From IMG/VR virus record IMGVR_UViG_3300036770_004060, positions 1,120-65,119 of that record: DNA of 64,000 bases. One strand, given 5' to 3'. The notes under the pieces are model-generated. The model did not search any database and was not told where the DNA came from. It saw only the letters and a program-made list of their open reading frames with translations. The position numbers were made by a program, and so were the translations under genes. Positions 20,921 to 28,975 of this stretch are shown here, one piece after another; within the stretch, counting starts at the first letter, position 1; each line of letters starts with the position of its first letter. The DNA comes from a virus.

Positions 20921-21079
20921 ATGAGTAGATTAACACAAGCAATAGCATTTCTTAACGTAGATAGTAAGAAGCTAAACGATAACTGGATTTCACAAAATCT
21001 CACCAGTATTACTTTAACCAAAGAATTAAAAATCTTAAGAAAAAAAACAATAAAAAACAAAAATAAAAGTACAGATTAA
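20921..21079 (+). CDS. small hypothetical protein (52 aa, not in ORF track)
   Basis: MSRLTQAIAFLNVDSKKLNDNW...; fills the gap between neighbouring genes. Confidence 0.45.
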   Translation: MSRLTQAIAFLNVDSKKLNDNWISQNLTSITLTKELKILRKKTIKNKNKSTD

Positions 21080-21085
21080 TGTTTG

Positions 21086-21111
21086 CTATTAGAAAATTAT
21101 TAGTATACTTG
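21086..21111 (+). promoter_or_regulatory. promoter with conserved spacer CTATTAGAAAATTATTAGTATACTTG
   Basis: Near-identical copies at 19975, 33194 and 50830. Confidence 0.65.
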
Positions 21112-21115
21112 TAGT

Positions 21116-21331
21116 ATGAAAGAAATTAAAAAAGTAAAGATTAAACTAAGTCCTTACGATGTTATACTTATAAGTTCTTTTTTTGATGTGTATATTGATA
21201 ACGAAAAAAACAATGTAGTACTAATTAATTCTATTAATAGATTCCAAAAGCAAGTAAAAAATAAACTAACAGACGAACAGTTAGACTTTGTTCAGTTTGA
21301 AATTGATTTGAATAAACTAATAAATAAGTAA
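21116..21331 (+). CDS. hypothetical protein (71 aa)
   Basis: ATG ORF right after the promoter motif. Confidence 0.6.
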   Translation: MKEIKKVKIKLSPYDVILISSFFDVYIDNEKNNVVLINSINRFQKQVKNKLTDEQLDFVQFEIDLNKLINK

Positions 21332-21748
21332 ATGGAGTTAAAAAAATACATAGAAAGACAAAATACTTTAAAAGGTATAGCAAATAGTTATACTTATAGA
21401 TTTTTTAAAGACGGTAAAATTCAATTCCCAACTCTTCTCGGATTAAATAAAGAATACCATAATTTATTGAATGGTGAAAAAAACGAATATTTTACAAATG
21501 AAGAACATATATTTGTATGGGAAGAAATAGTAAGATTATTGGATTTAAAAACTGGAATAGTAGGTTCAATTTTTTCAGATGAAAACAATAAAATTAATAC
21601 GAGTGAGAGAATAGTAACTACAATACGAACAAATTCTACTGGAAAAAGACAAGAGTGTAGTTTGTTTTCTTACGGAAAGACTAATGAATACTTATTTGCA
21701 GATTTAGAATTAAGATACGATTTTATTGATGTTAAATTAGATATATGA
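21332..21748 (+). CDS. hypothetical protein (138 aa)
   Basis: Abuts neighbouring ORFs in an operon. Confidence 0.6.
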   Translation: MELKKYIERQNTLKGIANSYTYRFFKDGKIQFPTLLGLNKEYHNLLNGEKNEYFTNEEHIFVWEEIVRLLDLKTGIVGSIFSDENNKINTSERIVTTIRTNSTGKRQECSLFSYGKTNEYLFADLELRYDFIDVKLDI

Positions 21749-22386
21749 AAGAGATAAAACTTAAAAAAACTTATAAGGGAACTAGAATACTAATAGGCAA
21801 CAAAAAGAGAGAGTTACTTAATAAAATGATAGACGTTCTTTATTTTTATGGTTTTGAGGAAATAGAAATTCCTATTATACAACTTAAAGAAACTTTTGAG
21901 AATAAAGTTGGAAAAGAAAACAACAATCTAATGTTTAACTTTAAAGATAATGGTAACAGGGATATTGTTTTATCTCCTGAATATACTAGTGTTATTCAAC
22001 AATTGTCTAAAGAAACATACAAACAAGAAAAAAACGTTAAACTTTTTTATATTCAAGAATGTTTCAGAGGTGAGAAACCACAAAAAGGAAGATACAGACA
22101 GTTTACCCAACTTGGAGTAGAAATAATAAACCCCAATGATAGTATAAACAATAACACACTTGTTCAAATAGTAATAGAACTACTATCCACTTTACATGAT
22201 ATTAGTTTTGATTCGTTTAAGGTTAACTACGAGGTTAAGAGAGGGCTTGACTACTATAATGACGGAAAAGGATTTGAAGTTTTGTGTGAAGAACTAGGGT
22301 CTAGTAAACAAGTATGTGGTGGTGGGTTTTATAATGGAGGATGTGGATTCTCTCTAGGGATTGATAGGTTAATGTTAATTAAGTGA
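21745..22386 (+). CDS. hisS: minimal histidyl-tRNA synthetase catalytic core (213 aa; no insertion domain, no anticodon-binding domain)
   Basis: KKTYKGTR start; motif 1 GFEEIEIPII; LSPEYT; motif 2 FYIQECFRGEKPQKGRYRQFTQLGVEI; His-binding loop VKRGLDYY; VCGGGFY; motif 3 GFSLGIDRL followed immediately by the stop. Confidence 0.9.
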   Translation: MKEIKLKKTYKGTRILIGNKKRELLNKMIDVLYFYGFEEIEIPIIQLKETFENKVGKENNNLMFNFKDNGNRDIVLSPEYTSVIQQLSKETYKQEKNVKLFYIQECFRGEKPQKGRYRQFTQLGVEIINPNDSINNNTLVQIVIELLSTLHDISFDSFKVNYEVKRGLDYYNDGKGFEVLCEELGSSKQVCGGGFYNGGCGFSLGIDRLMLIK

Positions 22387-22389
22387 AAT

Positions 22390-22701
22390 ATGAAAAAAAC
22401 AATTAATATAGTTGAAGTTCAAAGGCAGACAGGAAATACTTATTGGTTATTAAAGTCTGCAATTAGTGAACCAAAATGTATTCTAATATTTAAAAATAGA
22501 AGTATAGCCATCGATAATGAAAAAGTATTTATTAATATGGGAGGTGAATTATTTAACGACTTTCCTAAGTTCGTAGGTCTTGAAGAATATCGTCCTACAC
22601 GGAAGTATAAAGCACCAATTATGTTTGATAATAGTTGCTTCTCATCTAGTGATGGTGTTTTGTTTAAGACATCTGTAACTAATCAAGTATATAACATTTA
22701 A
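22390..22701 (+). CDS. small protein with degenerate P-loop-like motif (103 aa)
   Basis: RQTGNT (Walker A-like, with N instead of K) and PIMFDN (Walker B-like). Confidence 0.4.
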   Translation: MKKTINIVEVQRQTGNTYWLLKSAISEPKCILIFKNRSIAIDNEKVFINMGGELFNDFPKFVGLEEYRPTRKYKAPIMFDNSCFSSSDGVLFKTSVTNQVYNI

Positions 22702-22732
22702 AATTATAAAAATCAAATAAATAATAAGTAAT

Positions 22733-23068
22733 ATGGAAGCACAAGGACAAGGTAAAATAATTAAAATTTTAGATACTATGGTTATATCTGATAAATTTAG
22801 TAAAAGAGAAGTAGTGATAAGAGTACCAGACCAAAACCCACAATATAGTGATGAGCTTATATTTGAGTTAATACAGGATAAATGCACCTATTTGGATAAC
22901 TTTAAAGTTGGAGATGATGTTATGTTTAAATTTAATATTAAAGGTAAAATTCATAAAGATAAATGGTATAATTCATTAAGAATATGGAATATATCTAAAG
23001 TTGGTGGTAATCAACCTAAAGTTATTAGTCCATCGTCAGAATTTGATGGGTTTGATGAACCATATTAA
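22733..23068 (+). CDS. DUF3127 family OB-fold ssDNA-binding-like protein
   Basis: GKIIKI...FSKREVVI...QY...FEL.QDK...LD....GD.V...FNIKG....KWYNSL.IW.I and an acidic tail ending FDEPY. Confidence 0.8.
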   Translation: MEAQGQGKIIKILDTMVISDKFSKREVVIRVPDQNPQYSDELIFELIQDKCTYLDNFKVGDDVMFKFNIKGKIHKDKWYNSLRIWNISKVGGNQPKVISPSSEFDGFDEPY

Positions 23069-23084
23069 CTATAAAAACTAAAAA

Positions 23085-23312
23085 ATGGATAATAAATTGT
23101 ATGATGAAAGATTCACTTTGCGTGATGATGATGTTTTTAGAGGCTTGATACCTCAAGTTAATAAAATTAGCGACAGAGAGATAAATGAACTTATTCAAAG
23201 GTTTAGGGAAATAGTACCACACGATAAAAGGACGGATGAGGAGTTAAGACCATTTGCTGTAAACACTATATTGGGAGGCAGGTACCACCAAGGAACTGAC
23301 CAAATAAACTAG
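23085..23312 (+). CDS. hypothetical protein (75 aa)
   Basis: Operonic ATG ORF. Confidence 0.6.
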   Translation: MDNKLYDERFTLRDDDVFRGLIPQVNKISDREINELIQRFREIVPHDKRTDEELRPFAVNTILGGRYHQGTDQIN

Positions 23313-23317
23313 ATAAT

Positions 23318-23773
23318 ATGGAAAATAACGAAGTAAAAATAACAATTGAGGAGTACAACAAATATCAAGAACTTAAATTACTATGTTCGTCATACCGAAG
23401 ATTTGTAGAACAAGTAAAAGAACAAGATGGTGTTATTCTTATTGATTATAGAAAACTAAAAACAATGAAAAACAATATTCACCAAGAATCGATTCTATAT
23501 TTAGACTATATCCCACCAAGTGTTGTTATAAATTCAGATAGTGAAATTAAAGAATATTTAAAACAAGAAATTGAAACACTTGATAATATGTATTCAAATA
23601 TAATGGAGTTAATGAATAAAAACGAAAAAAACATAACCAATTCGTCTAGTGGACTAAGTGAATTGTATCTAAAACGATTAAATAAGACATATAAAGAAAA
23701 GTGTATTTTAGAATCAGATATTCATAGACTAAGAATTGAGAATGATATGTTAAAAGCAAAATACGAAAGTTAA
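23318..23773 (+). CDS. hypothetical coiled-coil protein (151 aa)
   Basis: Operonic ATG ORF. Confidence 0.6.
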   Translation: MENNEVKITIEEYNKYQELKLLCSSYRRFVEQVKEQDGVILIDYRKLKTMKNNIHQESILYLDYIPPSVVINSDSEIKEYLKQEIETLDNMYSNIMELMNKNEKNITNSSSGLSELYLKRLNKTYKEKCILESDIHRLRIENDMLKAKYES

Positions 23774-23786
23774 AACACTTGGATTT

Positions 23787-24329
23787 ATGAAAAAAGTAGA
23801 ACAAGTTAATAGACCTCTTAAACTAGGAGAAAAATACTTAGTTCCGTGTCTTGTTAGTTACCATTTTCACGAAGAAAATATTGATGAAGAAACTTTGTGG
23901 CTAGATTTAGAACCTTATACATTAAATAGTGTATATAAAAATACAATTTCAATTACGCCAATAATAAATCATCCACATTCAGACATAGAAAACGGACAAA
24001 AAGAAATTCACTACCACAAAGACACTAGATTTATAGATAAAAGAAAACCAAATTATAAATCATTATATCAGTTTTCTCAACTACCAAGAGGAGAAGTTGG
24101 CAAACACGGAAGAATAGAGTACCTTGAACTTCCAGTTGTTAGTGAGTTATTTGATGAAATAACACCAGTAGAATTAATTAAAAACAGCAAATTGAAACAC
24201 AAATGTATTCATAATGGTAAATGTCCTCATCGTGGTTTTAAGATGAATCAGGTTAGTCCTATAGACGGAATACTTACTTGTCCTTTACATGGGCTCAAAT
24301 TTAACTATAAAACTAAACAGATGATATGA
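23787..24329 (+). CDS. Rieske [2Fe-2S]-motif protein with His-rich N-terminal domain (180 aa)
   Basis: CPH-x16-CPLH (CPHRG...CPLHGLKFN) matches the Rieske ligand pattern; upstream HPHSD...HYHKDTRF. Confidence 0.75.
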   Translation: MKKVEQVNRPLKLGEKYLVPCLVSYHFHEENIDEETLWLDLEPYTLNSVYKNTISITPIINHPHSDIENGQKEIHYHKDTRFIDKRKPNYKSLYQFSQLPRGEVGKHGRIEYLELPVVSELFDEITPVELIKNSKLKHKCIHNGKCPHRGFKMNQVSPIDGILTCPLHGLKFNYKTKQMI

Positions 24330-24853
24330 AAGATAATTATAACAACAACGAGTTAACGTACATAGCAGAAAGATTAACCCCATCAGTATTCACAACTATG
24401 GAATTACTTGAAAAAGATGGAATTGATTTTATAGACCTACTTCTTTCATTCTCAATGATTGATTCTGATAAGTTAATCTCTTTTCATATAGAATCTTCTG
24501 AAATATTTAGATTAAGTTTAACTACTTATGAAAAAATATTAGACTCAATAGGAAGCAGAACGTTTGATTATTTTTACTACAAGGATGTTGTAACCAACAA
24601 GGAAAAAATAAAAGGGATAATAGAAAATATTGATTTAAGAATTAATGAAACTCAATCAACGCTGTCTCAATTTAAAAATGCAGACTTAGATAGATTAAAT
24701 AGATTATGTTCTGTTTTTTCAGAATCGTTAAAAATTCATGCAGATACCGATAAGGAATCCCATGAAAAATTTTTAAAAAAAGTAAACGAATGTGTCGATA
24801 TTATTATCTTTCAGCATAAAATAATTTCAAAACTCTCGCGCTATATTAATTAG
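24326..24853 (+). CDS. hypothetical helical protein (175 aa)
   Basis: Last island gene; converges on the ring-protein gene with a 4-nt overlap. Confidence 0.6.
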   Translation: MKDNYNNNELTYIAERLTPSVFTTMELLEKDGIDFIDLLLSFSMIDSDKLISFHIESSEIFRLSLTTYEKILDSIGSRTFDYFYYKDVVTNKEKIKGIIENIDLRINETQSTLSQFKNADLDRLNRLCSVFSESLKIHADTDKESHEKFLKKVNECVDIIIFQHKIISKLSRYIN

Positions 24854-25596
24854 ATAACACTCAATAGTTGACTAATGTCATTGCTTGATATACTGAAAAT
24901 ATTTGTTCCATCTCCCTGTTTCATCGACATATAAAACAAAGCCTTATCAAACAACAATTGAAAACAACTGGACGGAAATTCTATCTGTCCAGTTGTTATA
25001 TTTGTTATATTAACAGGTTTCTTAGCCCAAAAGACAGTAGCTAAAGTAGGAGCTGGTCTTATCTCTATCTCTAAAGAATGAACACCAGTATTCGTATTCC
25101 TATAATTAATAGGGTTCAAATAAGCATACGTTTTTAGTCCACTACACAATTGGTCTCCATCATATCCTTGCTCTAAAGGGTTATCCTTTACTCTAGCCCA
25201 TTCCTCTACACCCTTTCTTATACAGTCCTTATTCGCTGACACATGAACTAAATCACTCCTAAAGTAACTTTGTGTTGTAAGCGTTACTGGAGCTGCTGAA
25301 ATACTTCTTGTAGTAGGATTAGGATAAACAGCTAAGATAGTCCATACCTCGCTAGGAAAAACACTTAACGAAATACGAGAATTATCATCAGGCTGAAACA
25401 CACCAGAGTAAGATATTTCACGAAAGAACTCCTCACCAATCTTGTTTTCACCAAAAGCAGAACCAACAACAGCAGTAAGCCATTTTATAGAAGCATTGAT
25501 AGCTGGCATATAGTCTAAATCATCTCTATAATGGTCGCTATTCTCTGCATCTAAAGCAAAAGCTAATTGTTTTCTAAGTTCTAGTGATGAAATCAT
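24850..25596 (-). CDS. head-tail adaptor / ring protein 1 (248 aa)
   Basis: Helical N-terminus (LDAENSD.Y....DYMPAIN), C-terminal IEFPSSCFQLLFDKAL; located two genes after the MCP. Confidence 0.6.
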   Translation of the reverse strand: MISSLELRKQLAFALDAENSDHYRDDLDYMPAINASIKWLTAVVGSAFGENKIGEEFFREISYSGVFQPDDNSRISLSVFPSEVWTILAVYPNPTTRSISAAPVTLTTQSYFRSDLVHVSANKDCIRKGVEEWARVKDNPLEQGYDGDQLCSGLKTYAYLNPINYRNTNTGVHSLEIEIRPAPTLATVFWAKKPVNITNITTGQIEFPSSCFQLLFDKALFYMSMKQGDGTNIFSISSNDISQLLSVI

Positions 25597-25601
25597 TTCA
25601 G

Positions 25602-26384
25602 TTACGAATTAATAATACTTTCTTGAATTAATCTATCTCGTTCGTCCGCTTTAGACAAATGACCATACAGTTTTTCTTTTGCACCTTTAATTGATTTAGT
25701 GGCAAGTGTTTCAGTAAGTCGTTGTCTCATAATTTTAACATCTGACAAAAGAGTTAATCCTTCTTGTTGACTTCTTACTATAACCTGTTGGTCGCTAAGA
25801 GATTCTACTAAATTATTACATTCAGACAATTTCATAGCCATAGAATAATCCACATTTGCGGCTTTCTCTAATGTTTCATGGAAAGCAATACCATATTTAG
25901 AATGATTACGTAAATATTCTATCTCTCTCTTTGAATTTGACACATACATTGATACAGAAACAACATCTGAACCTCTTTTTCCTGAAACATTTCTTTTAGT
26001 TCTAAGAAGCGGTTTAAACAATATTACACCATTATTCGGATTTGGAATATATGTTCCATTACGCTTATCCCCCCAAAGAGATGTTTTATACGTATATGTA
26101 AAAAACGAAACCCCCTCATCTACCCAATCATCAGCTAAATCCTCTAGATAACTTTCATTGCTAGATTCTTTGGTTTTTCTTAAAGAATTTTCAAGTTTCT
26201 CGTTTTTTTCTAAAACAGATTTAAAAGATTTCTTTAATTCCTCAAATTCTTTTCTGAAATTTTCTAAGCTATCCGATTCCTTTACCTGAACATTTGCTTT
26301 CTCATTGCTTGAATCAAAAGATTTGTTTTCTTCCTGAATCTTTTGAAATAAGTCTTTACTTTCTGCTACTCTTTTTATTGGCAT
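25602..26384 (-). CDS. virion-associated or assembly protein (260 aa)
   Basis: Immediately downstream of the MCP; N-terminal coiled coil. Confidence 0.5.
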   Translation of the reverse strand: MPIKRVAESKDLFQKIQEENKSFDSSNEKANVQVKESDSLENFRKEFEELKKSFKSVLEKNEKLENSLRKTKESSNESYLEDLADDWVDEGVSFFTYTYKTSLWGDKRNGTYIPNPNNGVILFKPLLRTKRNVSGKRGSDVVSVSMYVSNSKREIEYLRNHSKYGIAFHETLEKAANVDYSMAMKLSECNNLVESLSDQQVIVRSQQEGLTLLSDVKIMRQRLTETLATKSIKGAKEKLYGHLSKADERDRLIQESIINS

Positions 26385-26397
26385 TTTATTTAAGTTT

Positions 26398-26424
26398 AAA
26401 AAGGAGGGGATTTATTTCCCCTCC
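26398..26424 (-). terminator. intrinsic terminator after the major capsid gene
   Basis: GGAGGGGA/TCCCCTCC stem followed by a T5 tract on the minus strand. Confidence 0.8.
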
Positions 26425-26436
26425 AATAGGTTATTA

Positions 26437-27675
26437 CTAAACTGTTTCTACGTAAGCATTTGCTAGTGGGTTGTTTATTTTAAACCCAATATTACAATCT
26501 ACATAGAAATCTTTATATCTTTTTGGTGTTCCATCAGAATCAAGGTCAGGAGTTGAACCTGAACGTTCTCCCCACATTTGACAAGGAGTGATGTTGTCCA
26601 TATCAACAATTATGATACGATTTTGGAAAGCCTCCCCAAAAGAAGATTCTTTAAATCGAGAATAAGACACAGGAACTATTATAGAAGAACCTAAGTTTAT
26701 TTGTTGAAGATTTAACAACGAGAATGTATCATTAGGAGCATATTGTGTCAATTCTCCTTTGTAAGCTAAACTAAGTTGTCTATGCTTTTCAGGTGTCATA
26801 AACGCAAAACGAACCTTACCAAATTTCCCGTATTCAGATTGAAATACTACATCCTCAAATGCCGATACCAAGTTAGCATTAGATACTCCTATCGCATTAG
26901 GAGAGCCAGATTCAATCATAGAAGTAAATAATCCTTTTGTTGTTTTTGCAGGCTTCCCTTTTGAAGTAGGAACCTCTCCCTGAATACCCATCCACAAAGC
27001 ATTTGAAATATCAATACGATGCTGGTTAAACAATTCTTCCATCTCCATAGAGATAAAGTTATCTGTTGTACCAGTTTTACGTAATTTATTTAATTCTACC
27101 TCATCATATCTAATTGCTCTGTTAAACAACTGAACATACATACTTCTTTCGATGATATTTGAACGTTGGTGTACAGCAAATCCCTCTGAACCAGCATGGT
27201 CAACAGATGAGTGATTCCCAAAAATATCATTCGCTGAAACAGCAGGTAGTGAACTATTATTGAAAGGAGCAACTGTAATTGTTCCAGCGGATGAATCAAC
27301 ATCAACAATATTACCTTTTTGACCATTTGGATATGTTATCAATACGTCTGTATGTACTGTATTAATTGAAGCAACAGTAAATGTTTGTGTTGTTGGCGCA
27401 TTGACAGCAGCTGCTGCTCCAGTTGCAATAATTGCTTCTCTTTGCCATCCCATCTCTTGATAGAAGTGTTCATCTGAATTAACAGTTTCATACTTCAATC
27501 TATTAAGTAAGTGCAAATCCATAAACTGATACGGTCTACCATCAAAGAGTCTCCTGTTTACTTCTTTTTGGATTTTTAAATCAAAGTTATGACCATACGT
27601 TGCCGCATACTCAGAACCTACTGGGTTCATGTTTTTGTTGGAAAAATTATCCGAACTTAAATCTACTAAAGACAT
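26437..27675 (-). CDS. major capsid protein (412 aa)
   Basis: Follows portal and scaffold, ends with a strong terminator. YVQLFNRAIRY...MEELFNQHRIDISNALWMG...TTKGLF resembles DUF5309/crAss-type HK97-fold MCPs. Confidence 0.85.
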   Translation of the reverse strand: MSLVDLSSDNFSNKNMNPVGSEYAATYGHNFDLKIQKEVNRRLFDGRPYQFMDLHLLNRLKYETVNSDEHFYQEMGWQREAIIATGAAAAVNAPTTQTFTVASINTVHTDVLITYPNGQKGNIVDVDSSAGTITVAPFNNSSLPAVSANDIFGNHSSVDHAGSEGFAVHQRSNIIERSMYVQLFNRAIRYDEVELNKLRKTGTTDNFISMEMEELFNQHRIDISNALWMGIQGEVPTSKGKPAKTTKGLFTSMIESGSPNAIGVSNANLVSAFEDVVFQSEYGKFGKVRFAFMTPEKHRQLSLAYKGELTQYAPNDTFSLLNLQQINLGSSIIVPVSYSRFKESSFGEAFQNRIIIVDMDNITPCQMWGERSGSTPDLDSDGTPKRYKDFYVDCNIGFKINNPLANAYVETV

Positions 27676-27692
27676 TTTTTTTTATTTATTAA

Positions 27693-28871
27693 TTAATAAC
27701 CAAAGACGCTTTTCTTTTCAGGGATAAAGAGATGGCTAATTGATTTTAAATCCTCATCAACCTTATTAAGGTTACTGTTTTGATTTTTTGTCTTTATTTT
27801 TTTATCAGACAAATCAACTATTTCCTCCCTAGCCTTACTTTCGCCGCGCCGTTCTGCGATTTTTTTAGCGTTCTCCAACATCTTTTTACCATACATAGCA
27901 AAAGCAATTTTTTCCGCCACATCAGGTTTATATGTTCCGTCTGATTCAAAAAGCAAATTATCGGCTTCACCACCAACCAAGATATTCTGAATCTTTGTAA
28001 GTTCAGTTTTACTGAAGTTTGGGTATTCTTCGCTGAAACGATTAACGGAATCTATTGCAGAGGTTTTAACTTGTTGGATTTTTTCCTTTCTCGTTTCCTC
28101 AAATTTAGACACGCTATCATTAAACGATTTTTTGTCTTTGTCAAACAGCTTCTTTGTTGTTGAAGCTAAAAGTTTTACACTTCTATCAAATTCAGCATCA
28201 GATATGTCGCCATTTTCTAGCTTATCTTTTTCTTCACTGTATTCTTTAGAGAAATAATGCTGTACAAGTCCCTCGATGTTTTGTTTTTCAAAATCTTGTG
28301 AAAAGTCCAGTCTTTGTTGAAAAGCAGTAGTATAATCTTCCCCCGAATCATATAGGAAGTTTGCTCTAGCTAAATCGGGAGGCATAGAATTAAAGTAATT
28401 CTGTATCTGCTCTAAAGATTGCTTTGCCTTAACACCCTCCTCTGCCTGTTTTCTAAAAGTGTCAACAGAGTTAAAGAATGTAGGCATATCTTTAATGCTA
28501 TATTTCTTACTAATTAAATCTAAGAGTTCTTTTGGAGGCTCAAAATTTAACTTAATTTCTTTCTTGGGTTTCTTTGTTTTTAGAACACCAAAAATGTCAT
28601 CTACATCTTCAATGGATTCATCTTCGGTTTCTTCATCCTCTAAATCCCCCTCTTCTAAATCATTTTGATTTTTTACCTCTTCATCTGAATTAGTAATAGG
28701 CTCTTTAGGTGTTTCTTCAAACTCTTGTTTTCCGACATTTTTTCTATCAGCTTTTATCGCCTCTAAAAAAGCCTTTGTGTCGTTTTCAGTTTGAACCATT
28801 GGGTTGTCTGTCGGGTACTCCGATAGTATGGACAACATCTCAATTTTGGAATCAATATTTTCTTCTGCCAT
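27693..28871 (-). CDS. capsid scaffolding protein (acidic, helical)
   Basis: Between portal and MCP, Asp/Glu-rich; ATG 28871 (MAEENIDSK) preferred over the upstream TTG. Confidence 0.65.
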   Translation of the reverse strand: MAEENIDSKIEMLSILSEYPTDNPMVQTENDTKAFLEAIKADRKNVGKQEFEETPKEPITNSDEEVKNQNDLEEGDLEDEETEDESIEDVDDIFGVLKTKKPKKEIKLNFEPPKELLDLISKKYSIKDMPTFFNSVDTFRKQAEEGVKAKQSLEQIQNYFNSMPPDLARANFLYDSGEDYTTAFQQRLDFSQDFEKQNIEGLVQHYFSKEYSEEKDKLENGDISDAEFDRSVKLLASTTKKLFDKDKKSFNDSVSKFEETRKEKIQQVKTSAIDSVNRFSEEYPNFSKTELTKIQNILVGGEADNLLFESDGTYKPDVAEKIAFAMYGKKMLENAKKIAERRGESKAREEIVDLSDKKIKTKNQNSNLNKVDEDLKSISHLFIPEKKSVFGY

Positions 28872-28889
28872 AGTTAATATATTTATTGT

Positions 28890-28924
28890 CAAAATTAAAT
28901 AAAAAACTATTACGTTTTTTTAGA
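28890..28924 (-). promoter_or_regulatory. late promoter TAATTTTG with upstream A7-CG element
   Basis: Plus strand CAAAATTA 28890-28897; CG-T7-AGA starting at 28913. Confidence 0.6.
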
Positions 28925-28975
28925 GTTTTAATTCAACTAAAATATGATAACTATAAGAAAAATAACTTAATAGAA

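Noticed and set aside
21745-22386. HisZ (ATP phosphoribosyltransferase regulatory subunit)
   Set aside because: The protein keeps RGLDYY and the motif 2 and 3 arginines of true HisRS, is much shorter than HisZ, and has no hisG nearby.
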